Positions 36,740 through 46,208 of a DNA stretch of 64,000 nt are shown piece after piece. The notes under the pieces are model-generated. The model had not been told where the DNA came from. It did not search any database and worked only from the letters and a program-made list of their open reading frames with translations. The stretch is from IMG/VR virus record IMGVR_UViG_3300025011_000030, positions 21,651-85,650 of that record, one strand, 5' to 3'. Both the position numbers and the translations under genes were made by a program. Within the stretch, counting starts at the first letter, position 1; every line of letters starts with the position of its first letter. This DNA comes from a virus.

Positions 36740-38617
36740 ATGAGCGATACATTATTAAGAGAGACGCAACCAAAGCCGGGACAGTTACCTGAAATTGTCC
36801 CGGGTCAATATTGGGATCATGATACGGAGCAATACGCAGCTATTAAAGGAGCTCACGGAGCTCCTAGAGTACTTTTATGGGACACGAATGGAGGCCCGTT
36901 ACTAACTACTGAGCAGCCTGGTATCGTTGACGTTACCGACCGAGCTGCCAGGGAGTTAGGTAAGATAAGTGCCGATAATCTTGATATTTCTTTGTCTGAC
37001 TTGCGGGATGCTATTGCCGGAGCAGGTGCAGCGACGAAAACTCTTGCCGATTTAGCCACTCTATTAACTTCGGTTAACGCGAAGGATTTCGCAAGTCAAA
37101 CCACGTTAGCTGCTATTTTAGGTAAGCTTATCTCAGATCCCTCAACATCGGCGAAACAGGACATATTGATTGCTAAAGATTTCGCAACCGAAACGACGCT
37201 TGCGGCAATTGGGTTGCTGATGACTGCCCTTACTGGCAAAGACTTTGCCACACAAACAACATTAGCAGAAATTTCAGCAAAGCTTTTAACTGCTCCTTCT
37301 ACAGAAGCAAAGCAAGATACACTCATCAGCCATGTTGACGGAGTAGAAACTGCACTAACTATATTAAACGCTAAGGATTTCGCCACACAAACGACCCTTG
37401 CAGCAGTATTAGCAAAGATCATTGCAGCACCGGCGACTGAGGCTAAACAGGATACTTTAAATGCGAAAGACTTTGCAACACAGGCTACATTAGCGGCAGT
37501 CTTAGCGAAAATTATAGCCGCCCCAGCTACAGAAGCAAAACAGGATATTCTAAACGCTAAAGATTTTGCTACGCAGACAACATTGGTCGCTATTCTAAAT
37601 AAGATTATAGAGGCACCTGCTACGGAGGCAACGTTAGCATCCGTGCAAGCCACATTAGCACAAGGCGGTATCCCGGCGACAACGCTGGAAACTACACACC
37701 AAAACGCTGCAACGACAAACGGCAATGGTACTGCCGCAACTGTAAGCGGGTATGGGCCAATCGCTTTCCAAATTACCGGAACCCCTGATGGTGCAACAAT
37801 AACTTGGGAAGGTTCTGTGGACGGTACAAATTATACGGCTTTTAGTGCCACGAAAACTGATACAGGTGCGGCAGCGACCACGGCAACTGCCACAGGAATT
37901 TATTCTGCCAACGTATCCGGCTATAAATCCGTGAGGGCGGTAATTTCTACAGCAGGGGCAAGTACGAGTCTAACTGTCAAATCTCTTGCCGTGGGTGTTG
38001 CTAGACCTCTAACTGCCGATGTGATAACAGTCGGTAAAGCCGCCGATAATGCCGCTGTGAGTGGTAATCCTATTCTTTTGGCAGGTAGATATAGCACAAC
38101 CCCAGCAACGAGGGATAACGGCGATGTTGTGACATTAGAAACTGACGCTACTGGTAGTTTACTTACCAAGCTAACTGGTAGTAAAGCTCTGGTAAGAGTT
38201 ATAATGGCAGACTCAACAGTCACCTTGGGAACGTCACAAAGTGAAATAATTAGTATAACTCCAACGGCTGGGTATAAAGCGAAAGTAATTAATATGTTTA
38301 TATATAGCCCAATCCCTACGGGTGGCACTACCGGTACACATGAATTTAACTGTCATTTCGGATCATCAGTAAACCAGAGAGCGTTTAATATTAAAACAGC
38401 GTATAATAAAGAGCTACTTATATCAGGTAATGCGCCATCCTCGACGGTAGATACTAAAACACCAAACAATGACGCTATTATTAATTCAAATATACAAAAA
38501 ATAGAATTTACCGTAGCTGAACCGTTAAAAATACAATATAAAAACGACACTGGTGCAACACAAACATTTTCCCGGAACATCAGATTAGTTGTAATTGAGG
38601 AGGCAATAATAGCATGA
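36740..38617 (+). CDS. Tail-associated fibre/decoration-like protein with KDFATQTTL repeats and a distinct AT-rich C-terminal domain after 'KLTGS'
   Basis: Seven AKDFA(T/S)Q(T/A)TL-like repeats; base composition changes after ~38180. Confidence 0.65.
   Translation: MSDTLLRETQPKPGQLPEIVPGQYWDHDTEQYAAIKGAHGAPRVLLWDTNGGPLLTTEQPGIVDVTDRAARELGKISADNLDISLSDLRDAIAGAGAATKTLADLATLLTSVNAKDFASQTTLAAILGKLISDPSTSAKQDILIAKDFATETTLAAIGLLMTALTGKDFATQTTLAEISAKLLTAPSTEAKQDTLISHVDGVETALTILNAKDFATQTTLAAVLAKIIAAPATEAKQDTLNAKDFATQATLAAVLAKIIAAPATEAKQDILNAKDFATQTTLVAILNKIIEAPATEATLASVQATLAQGGIPATTLETTHQNAATTNGNGTAATVSGYGPIAFQITGTPDGATITWEGSVDGTNYTAFSATKTDTGAAATTATATGIYSANVSGYKSVRAVISTAGASTSLTVKSLAVGVARPLTADVITVGKAADNAAVSGNPILLAGRYSTTPATRDNGDVVTLETDATGSLLTKLTGSKALVRVIMADSTVTLGTSQSEIISITPTAGYKAKVINMFIYSPIPTGGTTGTHEFNCHFGSSVNQRAFNIKTAYNKELLISGNAPSSTVDTKTPNNDAIINSNIQKIEFTVAEPLKIQYKNDTGATQTFSRNIRLVVIEEAIIA
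37078..37640 (+). repeat. Degenerate coding tandem repeats (NAKDFATQTTLAAVLAKIIAAPATEAKQD)
   Basis: Visible in the translation and the DNA. Confidence 0.85.
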
Positions 38618-38721
38618 ATATAGGAGACCGTTTTGAGGTTGAAAATGAACAAATGCAAATAGAAATATATGAAGTAATTGAAATTCGTGATGGAGTTATA
38701 ATTTCGAGAAAGGTATCGTAA
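38614..38721 (+). CDS. 35-aa ORF translationally coupled (ATGA) to the upstream gene
   Basis: GAGGAGG RBS; MNIGDRFEVENEQMQIEIYEVIEIRDGVIISRKVS. Confidence 0.6.
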   Translation: MNIGDRFEVENEQMQIEIYEVIEIRDGVIISRKVS

Positions 38722-38723
38722 TT

Positions 38724-38817
38724 TAACCAACTAACGAAGGTGCTGCTGTTAGTTGGTTAGTTGACATTAGGTGAACTTAAAATACCTCCAGCTATTATTT
38801 ATACATTAGCTGGAGGT
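38724..38817. promoter_or_regulatory. Two inverted repeats upstream of the recombinase; the second sequesters its RBS
   Basis: TAACCAACTAAC-N12-GTTAGTTGGTTA (38724-38759); ACCTCCAGCTA-N12-TAGCTGGAGGT (38784-38817). Confidence 0.75.
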
Positions 38818-38824
38818 GATTATT

Positions 38825-39667
38825 TTGTTATTAACCGAATCTTACAAATTATACGATGCTGACAAACGGTTACTTGGTTATTCGCCACATACATTAACAG
38901 CTTACGGGTTACAAATAAAACTACTTATTCGGGATATAGGGGATGTTGAAATTTCAACTGTTACCTACTTACAACTGAAGGAATATTTGATTAAACAAGA
39001 GCATCTTAAGCCGGCTTCAGTTGGTCACCGAATAAGGTTCATTAGATCGTTTTTCAGATATCTGCACGAAGAAGGATTCATGGAACGAAATATTTCGGCC
39101 AAACTTAGGGAACCCAAACAAGGTACTAGGGTTCCAAAGTTTTTAAACGAAGAAGAAGTTGAATTGTTAAGGGATAGCTGTAATACTTTACTTGAAAAGT
39201 CTCTCACTGAATTTTTCTATGCCACAGGATGTAGGATTGGTGAAGTAGCAGGTCTCAACCGAAAGGATATTGATTGGGACTCCCGGTCGGCTATGGTTAT
39301 TGGTAAAGGTGACAAACAACGGGAAGTGTACTTTACTGTCAAGTGCCGAGTATGGTTACAGAAGTATTTACAAAGTCGAACCGATGATTGCGAAGCTTTG
39401 TTTGTTACCGTGCGAAAACCTATTCGCAGAATGTCTATAGCTAGGATTAGAGAAGTCATAAAAGCTGTTGCCCAACATTCTGAAGTTGAGACTAATGTTT
39501 ATCCTCATCGGTGGCGACACACTACAGCCACTGTTATGGTTAACAATGGAGCTCCTATTGAAGTAATACAGTCTAACTTGGGTCACGCTAGACCAACTAC
39601 TACAATGATATATGCGCACTTATCTGGCGAACGTCGCCGTCAAGAGTACAACAGGTATTTTAGGTAA
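38825..39667 (+). CDS. XerC/D-like tyrosine recombinase inside the tail operon
   Basis: TGCRIGE (R), GKGDK (K), HRWRH (HxxR), LGH, TTMIY (Y); TTG start after GGAGG. Confidence 0.95.
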   Translation: MLLTESYKLYDADKRLLGYSPHTLTAYGLQIKLLIRDIGDVEISTVTYLQLKEYLIKQEHLKPASVGHRIRFIRSFFRYLHEEGFMERNISAKLREPKQGTRVPKFLNEEEVELLRDSCNTLLEKSLTEFFYATGCRIGEVAGLNRKDIDWDSRSAMVIGKGDKQREVYFTVKCRVWLQKYLQSRTDDCEALFVTVRKPIRRMSIARIREVIKAVAQHSEVETNVYPHRWRHTTATVMVNNGAPIEVIQSNLGHARPTTTMIYAHLSGERRRQEYNRYFR

Positions 39668-39692
39668 ATTAATTTTTTAGGGAGGTAACATA

Positions 39693-40112
39693 ATGATTTG
39701 TGAAACGAACAATACCGTTGAAGGTAAAATTGAATCCATAAAAACCCGCACATCCGATCAAAAAATGACCCGTGAGGGTGTACCAGTCAGTATCGGTGGT
39801 CAGGTATTCGAAATTAAGCCGTTGGTACGCAAGCAGGCTCGGGCTTTTCGTAGAAAATGGGCTGAAATGACAGGGAATTTTATTGGTCTGCAAGATGTAC
39901 AGGTAGAATCACCTGCCGAAGCTATCGCTGCCGCGTTCGATAAGCTAGACAGTGCTGAACCCTTACAACTAGAAACCATTGCATTGGCTATTCCAGAACT
40001 GGTAGGCAAAGAGGACTGGATTGACGATAACGCTACGAATGAGGAATTAGCTGAGGCAATGGTTTTAGCCTTACATATGAACGGCCTGGGAAACCCTACG
40101 AACCCTCGGTAG
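39693..40112 (+). CDS. Tail assembly chaperone (G-like)
   Basis: Upstream of the tape measure gene; ends just after a slippery site. Confidence 0.8.
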   Translation: MICETNNTVEGKIESIKTRTSDQKMTREGVPVSIGGQVFEIKPLVRKQARAFRRKWAEMTGNFIGLQDVQVESPAEAIAAAFDKLDSAEPLQLETIALAIPELVGKEDWIDDNATNEELAEAMVLALHMNGLGNPTNPR

Positions 40113-40390
40113 AGGGGGAGCAAGTAACTCTTGCAAATGTATACGAAGGTTTTATGACAGCCTTCCCATCGTATACGGTGGAAAAGATAGAAACTGAGCT
40201 TACCGACGAACAAATGACTTTGCTTGTTGAGAGTAGACTAAACAGGGTACAGGGAACCTCCGGTGATACTACGGAAGATCTGGCACTTAATGCTCTTGAT
40301 AGTAAGGGCAAGGTAACACGAATGAACATAGAGGATATGGAAAATATGCCGGGATTTGCGGTTGAAAAGGTGGTGGTGCATCGTGGCTAG
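40088..40390 (+). CDS. -1 frameshift extension (GT-like chaperone)
   Basis: G GGA AAC heptamer at 40088-40094; the -1 frame is open to 40390; CCCTC-GGTA-GAGGG hairpin follows. Confidence 0.85.
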   Translation, partial: GKPYEPSVEGEQVTLANVYEGFMTAFPSYTVEKIETELTDEQMTLLVESRLNRVQGTSGDTTEDLALNALDSKGKVTRMNIEDMENMPGFAVEKVVVHRG

Positions 40391-43300
40391 TGCAGCTGAT
40401 TTACTTATTAGGATCGTGGGTGATTCAAGAAACGCTGTTGGTGCTTTTTTAGGTTTACGTCAGGAAAGTACAAATACTATGGCAGCAGTTAGAAACGCTG
40501 TGCGAGGTGCTACTAACCAACTTAATACTGATGCTAACGGGGTTAGGCAATCACTCAGTCGAATGTTTAACGATGTAAGCGCCGATCAACTTATCTCTCA
40601 ACTCAGACAAGGTGGTCAGGCTGGTGACGCGGCCGCACAAGAAATTATTCAGTCACTCAATTCTATTCAAAGTGAGACTGACCGCACTGCTGCCGGTATG
40701 GCTATATTTGGTGAATCTTGGAGAGATGTACAGCAACAAGCAGGTCAGGCAGCCGACAGTATGCGCAATTCGTTGTCAGATTTATCCAGAAGAGCTGAAA
40801 CCGAGTCGGAACAGATGCGACAGGCCCTGTCGGGCATATTCGATAATGTGACTGCTGATAATTTAGTTCGCGAGTTAAGGGCCGGAGGTGCCGCCGGTGA
40901 GCGAGCTGCTCGGGAAATATCAGCAGCTCTGGCACAGGTGAATGACGACGTTGACCGTAATCGCCGAGGACTTGTTATTTTCGGTGCGTCCTGGCGGGAT
41001 GTTTCGCAGGATGCCCGTCGTTCTCAGGATGATGCTCAAGACGAACTCCGAGATACTGAAAATCTTTTAGACAGAGCGAAAAGAGCTGCTGTAGGATTGG
41101 CAGGTGCCTTTGCAGGGATACAGATCGCTGGTGTTATGGATGATGCGGCTGCCAGTGCCGGTCATTTGCGAGCAATGCTTGGGTTAGCGAAGGAAGAAGC
41201 AGAGGAGTTCACAAAAATATCTCGTGAAGTATACGGAGGTAACTTTAGCGAGAGTATGCGCGAAGCAAGCGAGGCAACTGTTAGAACCCACCAGTCGCTT
41301 GGTTTAGTGGGTGAAAGTCTTAAACAACAGACCCAAAATGTTTTAATGCTGAATACTGTTTTCGGTGAACTTGGTGCAGACACTCAAACTAATCTTGGAG
41401 CAATAAGGTCAATGACTAAGGCTTGGGAAATGGATTCCAGTCAAGCAACTGACCTTATTTCTAAAGGTTTGCAGGGAGTGGCCGGTAGTGCCGGTGATCT
41501 TTTAGATACTTTAACCGAATACCCAGCTCACTTTAAAGCCCTTGGATTAAACTCACAGGACGCTTTGAAATGGCTTAATATTGGCATGGAAAACGGTGCG
41601 ATGAATACGGATATACTAGCCGATGCCGTAAAAGAGTTTGGGATTAGGGTTAAGACTGAAGGGGAACTTGTAAAAAAAGTAAGTAAAGAAGATGAAGAAG
41701 CATTGAAAGGTATGGCTGATGCCGCTAAAGCTTCTTTTGATAGTACCAATGAATCGGCTAAAGACTCTTATGAGAAAACAAAAGAAGCTTCTACGGAAGC
41801 TTATGAGTCAGCTAAGGATTTAATAGACAAGAGTATTGAACTTACTAAAAATGAGCACGACGAAAAGGTACAAGCGGCTAAGGATTATAAGGATAAACAG
41901 AAAGAATATTATGACGAAATACTCCAAAAAGCGAAGGACAATTATACCAAAATAGTTGAGGCCGCCGAACTGGCTAGAGACGGAGACCTTGCAGCCCTAC
42001 AAGGTCAACTTGACGAAATTGACAAGCAGGAAGAACAACGACAAAGGGATGCTGAGCAGAAAAGTTTGCAGCAGGCTATTAATCAGGCTAAGGACGCTGA
42101 GGCTAGATCTGCGGCAAAAGCTAGACTCGCTGACTGGGTACGAAAGCAAGAAGTAAATGCAAGTAAGGAAAGTATACGTGAACAAATGCAAAAGGTCAGG
42201 GATTCATACGAGCTGAAGAAAAAACAAGCTGAAGAAAACCTGACTAAGTCCGAAAAAACTTACCAGTTAGATACAAAAAATCTTGAAGTTGAAACAAATA
42301 ACAAACTTAGAATAATTGAAAAATCCTATAAAGAACAAGAAATTAAGGCTAAAGAAAATTTAGCTAGTATTAAGCAAACGTATGAAGATCAACAAGCAAA
42401 AGCTAAAGAAACATATGACTCCATAACTACCTATGCGAGCCAGCGATACGAGGCTGAGGAAGCGAACATAGTAAAACTTCAAACTAGCCTGGAAGTAGTT
42501 ACCGACACAAATCCAGCTCGTCAAGCGATACGGGAATTATTTTCTCCGGAAGAAGCAGAGAGACTGATATCCGATTTTGACAAGGGTGGCGAAGCTGGGA
42601 GAGACGCTTTTTATAAGGTTCTTGAAGCCTTAAACCAGGTACAAGATCCGGCCCAACGGTATAATATGGCGGTTGCCTTAATGGGTACACAGGCCGAAGA
42701 TTTGACTGCCGACAAACTGCTGCCCATGATTGATGCTTTTGTAAGTGCTAAGGATACAACTATTGAAACCGCGGGTGCAACCAATTCACTGAATGAGGAG
42801 TATTCTGGATTCAGTAATACCCTTCAGGGTCTGAAAAAGTCTATTGAAGCTTCTGCTATCGGTACGTTGGGTGATATTATAAGCCCGGTTATTGATAGTG
42901 CCGGGTCATTAGGACTTGCTATGTTAGGACTTGGGCCTATTTTTAGTAAACTGAAAGAATGGAAGATTGCTGATGCAATTGTTACAGGAGCCTCTACAGT
43001 CGCCTATTGGGCAAGTGTTGCTGCTATGGTAGCTATGGACTTAGCGAGTAAGGCATTTGGCGTCACTATGGCAGTTTTAACGTCACCTGTGACCGCGGTG
43101 ATTGCGTTGGTAGCAGCGTTGGCTGCAGGGGCTTATTTAATTTATACAAATTGGCAAACGATTGAACAATTTTTTTCTGACATGTGGAATGGTATAAAAA
43201 CCAACAGCGAAACAGCTATTGGTTATATAAAATCCGGTTGGGAAGGTTTTAAAGTATTTTTCGTTGGTTTATGGAGCAATATTTGGAGTCCGGTTAAAGG

Positions 43301-43742
43301 ATTTTTAAACATGATGATTGGCGGGGTAAATTCGTTAATCGGTGGTCTAAACAAACTGCAGGTTACAGTCCCTGACTGGGTTCCCGGTGTTGGCGGTAAC
43401 AGATGGGGAATCAACATTTCAAGAATACCGATGTTAGCTGCCGGAGGTGAAATAATTAATTCCGGTCTTGCTATTGTTGGGGAAAAAGGGCCTGAATTAG
43501 CTTATTTCGGTGCGGGTGCAGGTGTTGTTTCAAATCGGGATACTATTGATATGCTTAAACAGTCGTCGCAAACTGTTAATCATACCGGCACGATTACCGT
43601 TAAAGGTGTTAATGATCGTGGTCAGCTTATAGGAGTTATTGATTTACTTGTTTCGGATAACAGGGAATTAACCCGTCTCGAACGTGCAATGAAGCCGATT
43701 AGGTCAAATGAAAAGGGAAGGACAGGTGGTTACAGTGGCTAA
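40383..43742 (+). CDS. Tail tape measure protein
   Basis: ~1120 aa, helical; DLLDTLTEY, ADAVKEFGIR, Trp/Phe repeats, LAAGG..VGEKGPE. Confidence 0.92.
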   Translation: MASAADLLIRIVGDSRNAVGAFLGLRQESTNTMAAVRNAVRGATNQLNTDANGVRQSLSRMFNDVSADQLISQLRQGGQAGDAAAQEIIQSLNSIQSETDRTAAGMAIFGESWRDVQQQAGQAADSMRNSLSDLSRRAETESEQMRQALSGIFDNVTADNLVRELRAGGAAGERAAREISAALAQVNDDVDRNRRGLVIFGASWRDVSQDARRSQDDAQDELRDTENLLDRAKRAAVGLAGAFAGIQIAGVMDDAAASAGHLRAMLGLAKEEAEEFTKISREVYGGNFSESMREASEATVRTHQSLGLVGESLKQQTQNVLMLNTVFGELGADTQTNLGAIRSMTKAWEMDSSQATDLISKGLQGVAGSAGDLLDTLTEYPAHFKALGLNSQDALKWLNIGMENGAMNTDILADAVKEFGIRVKTEGELVKKVSKEDEEALKGMADAAKASFDSTNESAKDSYEKTKEASTEAYESAKDLIDKSIELTKNEHDEKVQAAKDYKDKQKEYYDEILQKAKDNYTKIVEAAELARDGDLAALQGQLDEIDKQEEQRQRDAEQKSLQQAINQAKDAEARSAAKARLADWVRKQEVNASKESIREQMQKVRDSYELKKKQAEENLTKSEKTYQLDTKNLEVETNNKLRIIEKSYKEQEIKAKENLASIKQTYEDQQAKAKETYDSITTYASQRYEAEEANIVKLQTSLEVVTDTNPARQAIRELFSPEEAERLISDFDKGGEAGRDAFYKVLEALNQVQDPAQRYNMAVALMGTQAEDLTADKLLPMIDAFVSAKDTTIETAGATNSLNEEYSGFSNTLQGLKKSIEASAIGTLGDIISPVIDSAGSLGLAMLGLGPIFSKLKEWKIADAIVTGASTVAYWASVAAMVAMDLASKAFGVTMAVLTSPVTAVIALVAALAAGAYLIYTNWQTIEQFFSDMWNGIKTNSETAIGYIKSGWEGFKVFFVGLWSNIWSPVKGFLNMMIGGVNSLIGGLNKLQVTVPDWVPGVGGNRWGINISRIPMLAAGGEIINSGLAIVGEKGPELAYFGAGAGVVSNRDTIDMLKQSSQTVNHTGTITVKGVNDRGQLIGVIDLLVSDNRELTRLERAMKPIRSNEKGRTGGYSG

Positions 43743-44109
43743 AATTTATCTCGGTACGGTAGGTTCAGCTCAAGCAGCCAAAACATTATTACCACCAAAC
43801 AACCGTCAATTCTCCGAACTGACAAATGACCTAAGACGTGAAGCTACAGTTGCCAGTGGTAAAAAAGTAGTTGACATTATAGCTACTAAAAAAACCTTCA
43901 CGTTCAACTATAACAGTATCACAGGGCCAGACATTGAAATATGGTTAGTGTTCTTAGGTTCAACAACTTGGGAAATTGAGGTTGAACGTAGAAATGGAAC
44001 TTATGATAAATATTCAGTTAGGATGTCTAACGAAACAAGTAATACGTTGCGCAAGAGTGTAGGTGACTGGCTGTATGAAGGAGTTTCCTTTGTATTGGAG
44101 GAAGTTTGA
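43708..44109 (+). CDS. Distal tail (Dit-like) protein
   Basis: Position after the tape measure; ends VSFVLEEV. Confidence 0.6.
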   Translation: MKREGQVVTVAKIYLGTVGSAQAAKTLLPPNNRQFSELTNDLRREATVASGKKVVDIIATKKTFTFNYNSITGPDIEIWLVFLGSTTWEIEVERRNGTYDKYSVRMSNETSNTLRKSVGDWLYEGVSFVLEEV

Positions 44110-45521
44110 TGCTAACGGTTAGTAACGATTACAAAACAGCGGTTAATGCGAGCTCTCGAAGATGGGTTCCAAAAATAGAAGTTTATTTCGATGGCATCAA
44201 TCAACCACCTGTCGTTTTTAACGGTGACGATATTATTGATTGTACTTTTCTTGAGGAGGCAACGGCTGAATCTGATAATCCTCTTGGTTCAGTCAGTGCT
44301 AATGAGGTTACAATTAGTTTTAATAATTCAACTAGGGCTTTTACTCCTACTAATACACTATCACCGTATTATGGCAAGCTCAAACCTAATGTGCTGGTTA
44401 AACCTTACCTGGGCCTGGAATTAACAGGCGCGACGTATGAGTACATACCTCTTGGCGTATTCCGTACAGGTGACTGGAGCAGTCCCAGTTCAAGCGTAGA
44501 GGCAACCGTAACATGTTTTGACAAACTGTATGAAATAGGCGACAAAGGCGTTCCCATGTTGCCAGTCAAACAGGATACAATCATTGGCGAATTGTTTGTG
44601 CTGCTATTTACCGCATTGGGCATAACCAACTACTCAGTTGATGCAAGTCTAAATCAGACTATCCCCATCGGCTGGCTACCGAAAGGAACTGTCCGAAACG
44701 CACTACAAGCGCTGGCTGTGGCCGGGAACTGCAATGTCACAGCAGACCGGTATGGATATATTGTGGTCCGGTCAAATTTTATAACCGGCGCAGCGGTGGA
44801 AACTTGGACAGACGCAAATCAAATATTTACGGCTGAAAATCCACAAAAATACTTGGATACCTACAGTAAGGTAAAGATTAACTACTATCAACCGTATATC
44901 AAACCTACAGCGTCACTGCTCAAAGTAGAGAACCTTAAAATACCCAACGGTGGCTTAACGCTAACAAACATTGCTTTTACTACAGGCCCGGTGGCAACGG
45001 TTGATCAAGTTATACTGTCCGGTGCAGTTAACTCTGCAGTTGACAGTGTCGAGTACGGAGCGTGGGGAATAACCGTCACTATAACCAACACAAGCGCAGA
45101 GGAAACGGTAACCCTTGAAGTAACCGGCAAGGCAATTGACAGTATATCATCAAGCTATGAATTGCAGGAAGATGCGGCAGTAGCTAGTTTCGGGGAGAAA
45201 GTTTTTTCAGTAGAAAACTATTTAATTCAGTCGTTGGACGTTGCAAAGACCTATGCCACGGAGCTATTGCAGTACGTTAAAGACCCACTGGCTAATATAA
45301 GCTTAAGCATCCGGGGAAACCCGGCAGTCGAAGTCGGGGACGTTGTCCAAATCCAAGATGATACCGACAAAATAGGCACCGTCGATTTTGTACCAACCAG
45401 GATAAATATTAACTATGATGGTGCTTTAGATTCTACGGTAGAGGGTAGGAAAGTAACGGCAAATACCCGCTATACTTGGGTATGCGTTTCTCCTGGTTTG
45501 TACGAATATGTAAGTTATTGA
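44106..45521 (+). CDS. Baseplate hub/Tal-like tail protein
   Basis: EYIPLGVF, RGNPAVEVGDVV; position. Confidence 0.7.
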   Translation: MMLTVSNDYKTAVNASSRRWVPKIEVYFDGINQPPVVFNGDDIIDCTFLEEATAESDNPLGSVSANEVTISFNNSTRAFTPTNTLSPYYGKLKPNVLVKPYLGLELTGATYEYIPLGVFRTGDWSSPSSSVEATVTCFDKLYEIGDKGVPMLPVKQDTIIGELFVLLFTALGITNYSVDASLNQTIPIGWLPKGTVRNALQALAVAGNCNVTADRYGYIVVRSNFITGAAVETWTDANQIFTAENPQKYLDTYSKVKINYYQPYIKPTASLLKVENLKIPNGGLTLTNIAFTTGPVATVDQVILSGAVNSAVDSVEYGAWGITVTITNTSAEETVTLEVTGKAIDSISSSYELQEDAAVASFGEKVFSVENYLIQSLDVAKTYATELLQYVKDPLANISLSIRGNPAVEVGDVVQIQDDTDKIGTVDFVPTRININYDGALDSTVEGRKVTANTRYTWVCVSPGLYEYVSY

Positions 45522-45534
45522 GAGGTGAATTAAT

Positions 45535-46197
45535 ATGGCGGTTTTACTTACGGATGAAGGTGGTAAACCAATACCACAATATCAAAATGCGGCCGGCACT
45601 GCTTTTGAGGCAGTAAAAGGCGCAGATGGTCATATGAGTGCCCGGTCAGATGATGGGAAAATAGTCACTCTTGGAGCTACAACTGATGAGGATACAGCCA
45701 ACACTGTCATTGGTAGACTGAAAAAATTAATCTCGCTCATACCGGCGGCACTAACTGCAGGAGGTAACTTAAAAACTGCAATACAAGAAGCCTTGCCAGC
45801 AGGGACGAATGTGGTTGGTAAGATGGGTATTGATCAAACAACGCCAGGGACAACAAACGGGGTACAGGTTATAGCGGCGCTGCCCGCAGGGACAAATAAT
45901 ATTGGTGATGTTGATATTGCCAGCAAACCAGCCTACAGCTTTTTAAATGTCACCACAGACGTACAGGTAAAAAGTAGTGCAGGTAAACTTCGCAAGGTGA
46001 TCGTTGGCAAGGTGACAGTTGCCGGTGACTTAGCTTTATACGACAGCCTAACAGAAACGGGAACCGTCATAGCCACATTAGGCCTAGAAACTACCGGAAA
46101 CCCTAAGGATCTTGAATTAGATGCCACATTCGCCACGGGACTGTACGCCGGATTTGATGGAACATTAGCCGGGAATATAACTTTTGTCTATGAATAG
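45535..46197 (+). CDS. Tail fibre-like protein with ALPAGTN repeats; N-terminus resembles that of 36740
   Basis: KPIPQY...EAVKGADG; ALPAGTN twice. Confidence 0.6.
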   Translation: MAVLLTDEGGKPIPQYQNAAGTAFEAVKGADGHMSARSDDGKIVTLGATTDEDTANTVIGRLKKLISLIPAALTAGGNLKTAIQEALPAGTNVVGKMGIDQTTPGTTNGVQVIAALPAGTNNIGDVDIASKPAYSFLNVTTDVQVKSSAGKLRKVIVGKVTVAGDLALYDSLTETGTVIATLGLETTGNPKDLELDATFATGLYAGFDGTLAGNITFVYE

Positions 46198-46208
46198 AGG
46201 TGTAGGTA

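Noticed and set aside
36740-38721. Invertible shufflon or diversity-generating retroelement
   Set aside because: No inverted alternative C-terminal cassette, no reverse transcriptase and no template/variable repeat pair seen in this window
38825-39667. Ordinary lysogeny integrase marking a prophage end
   Set aside because: Phage tail genes continue on both sides, with no host genes, repressor or excisionase adjacent; a dimer-resolution role cannot be excluded
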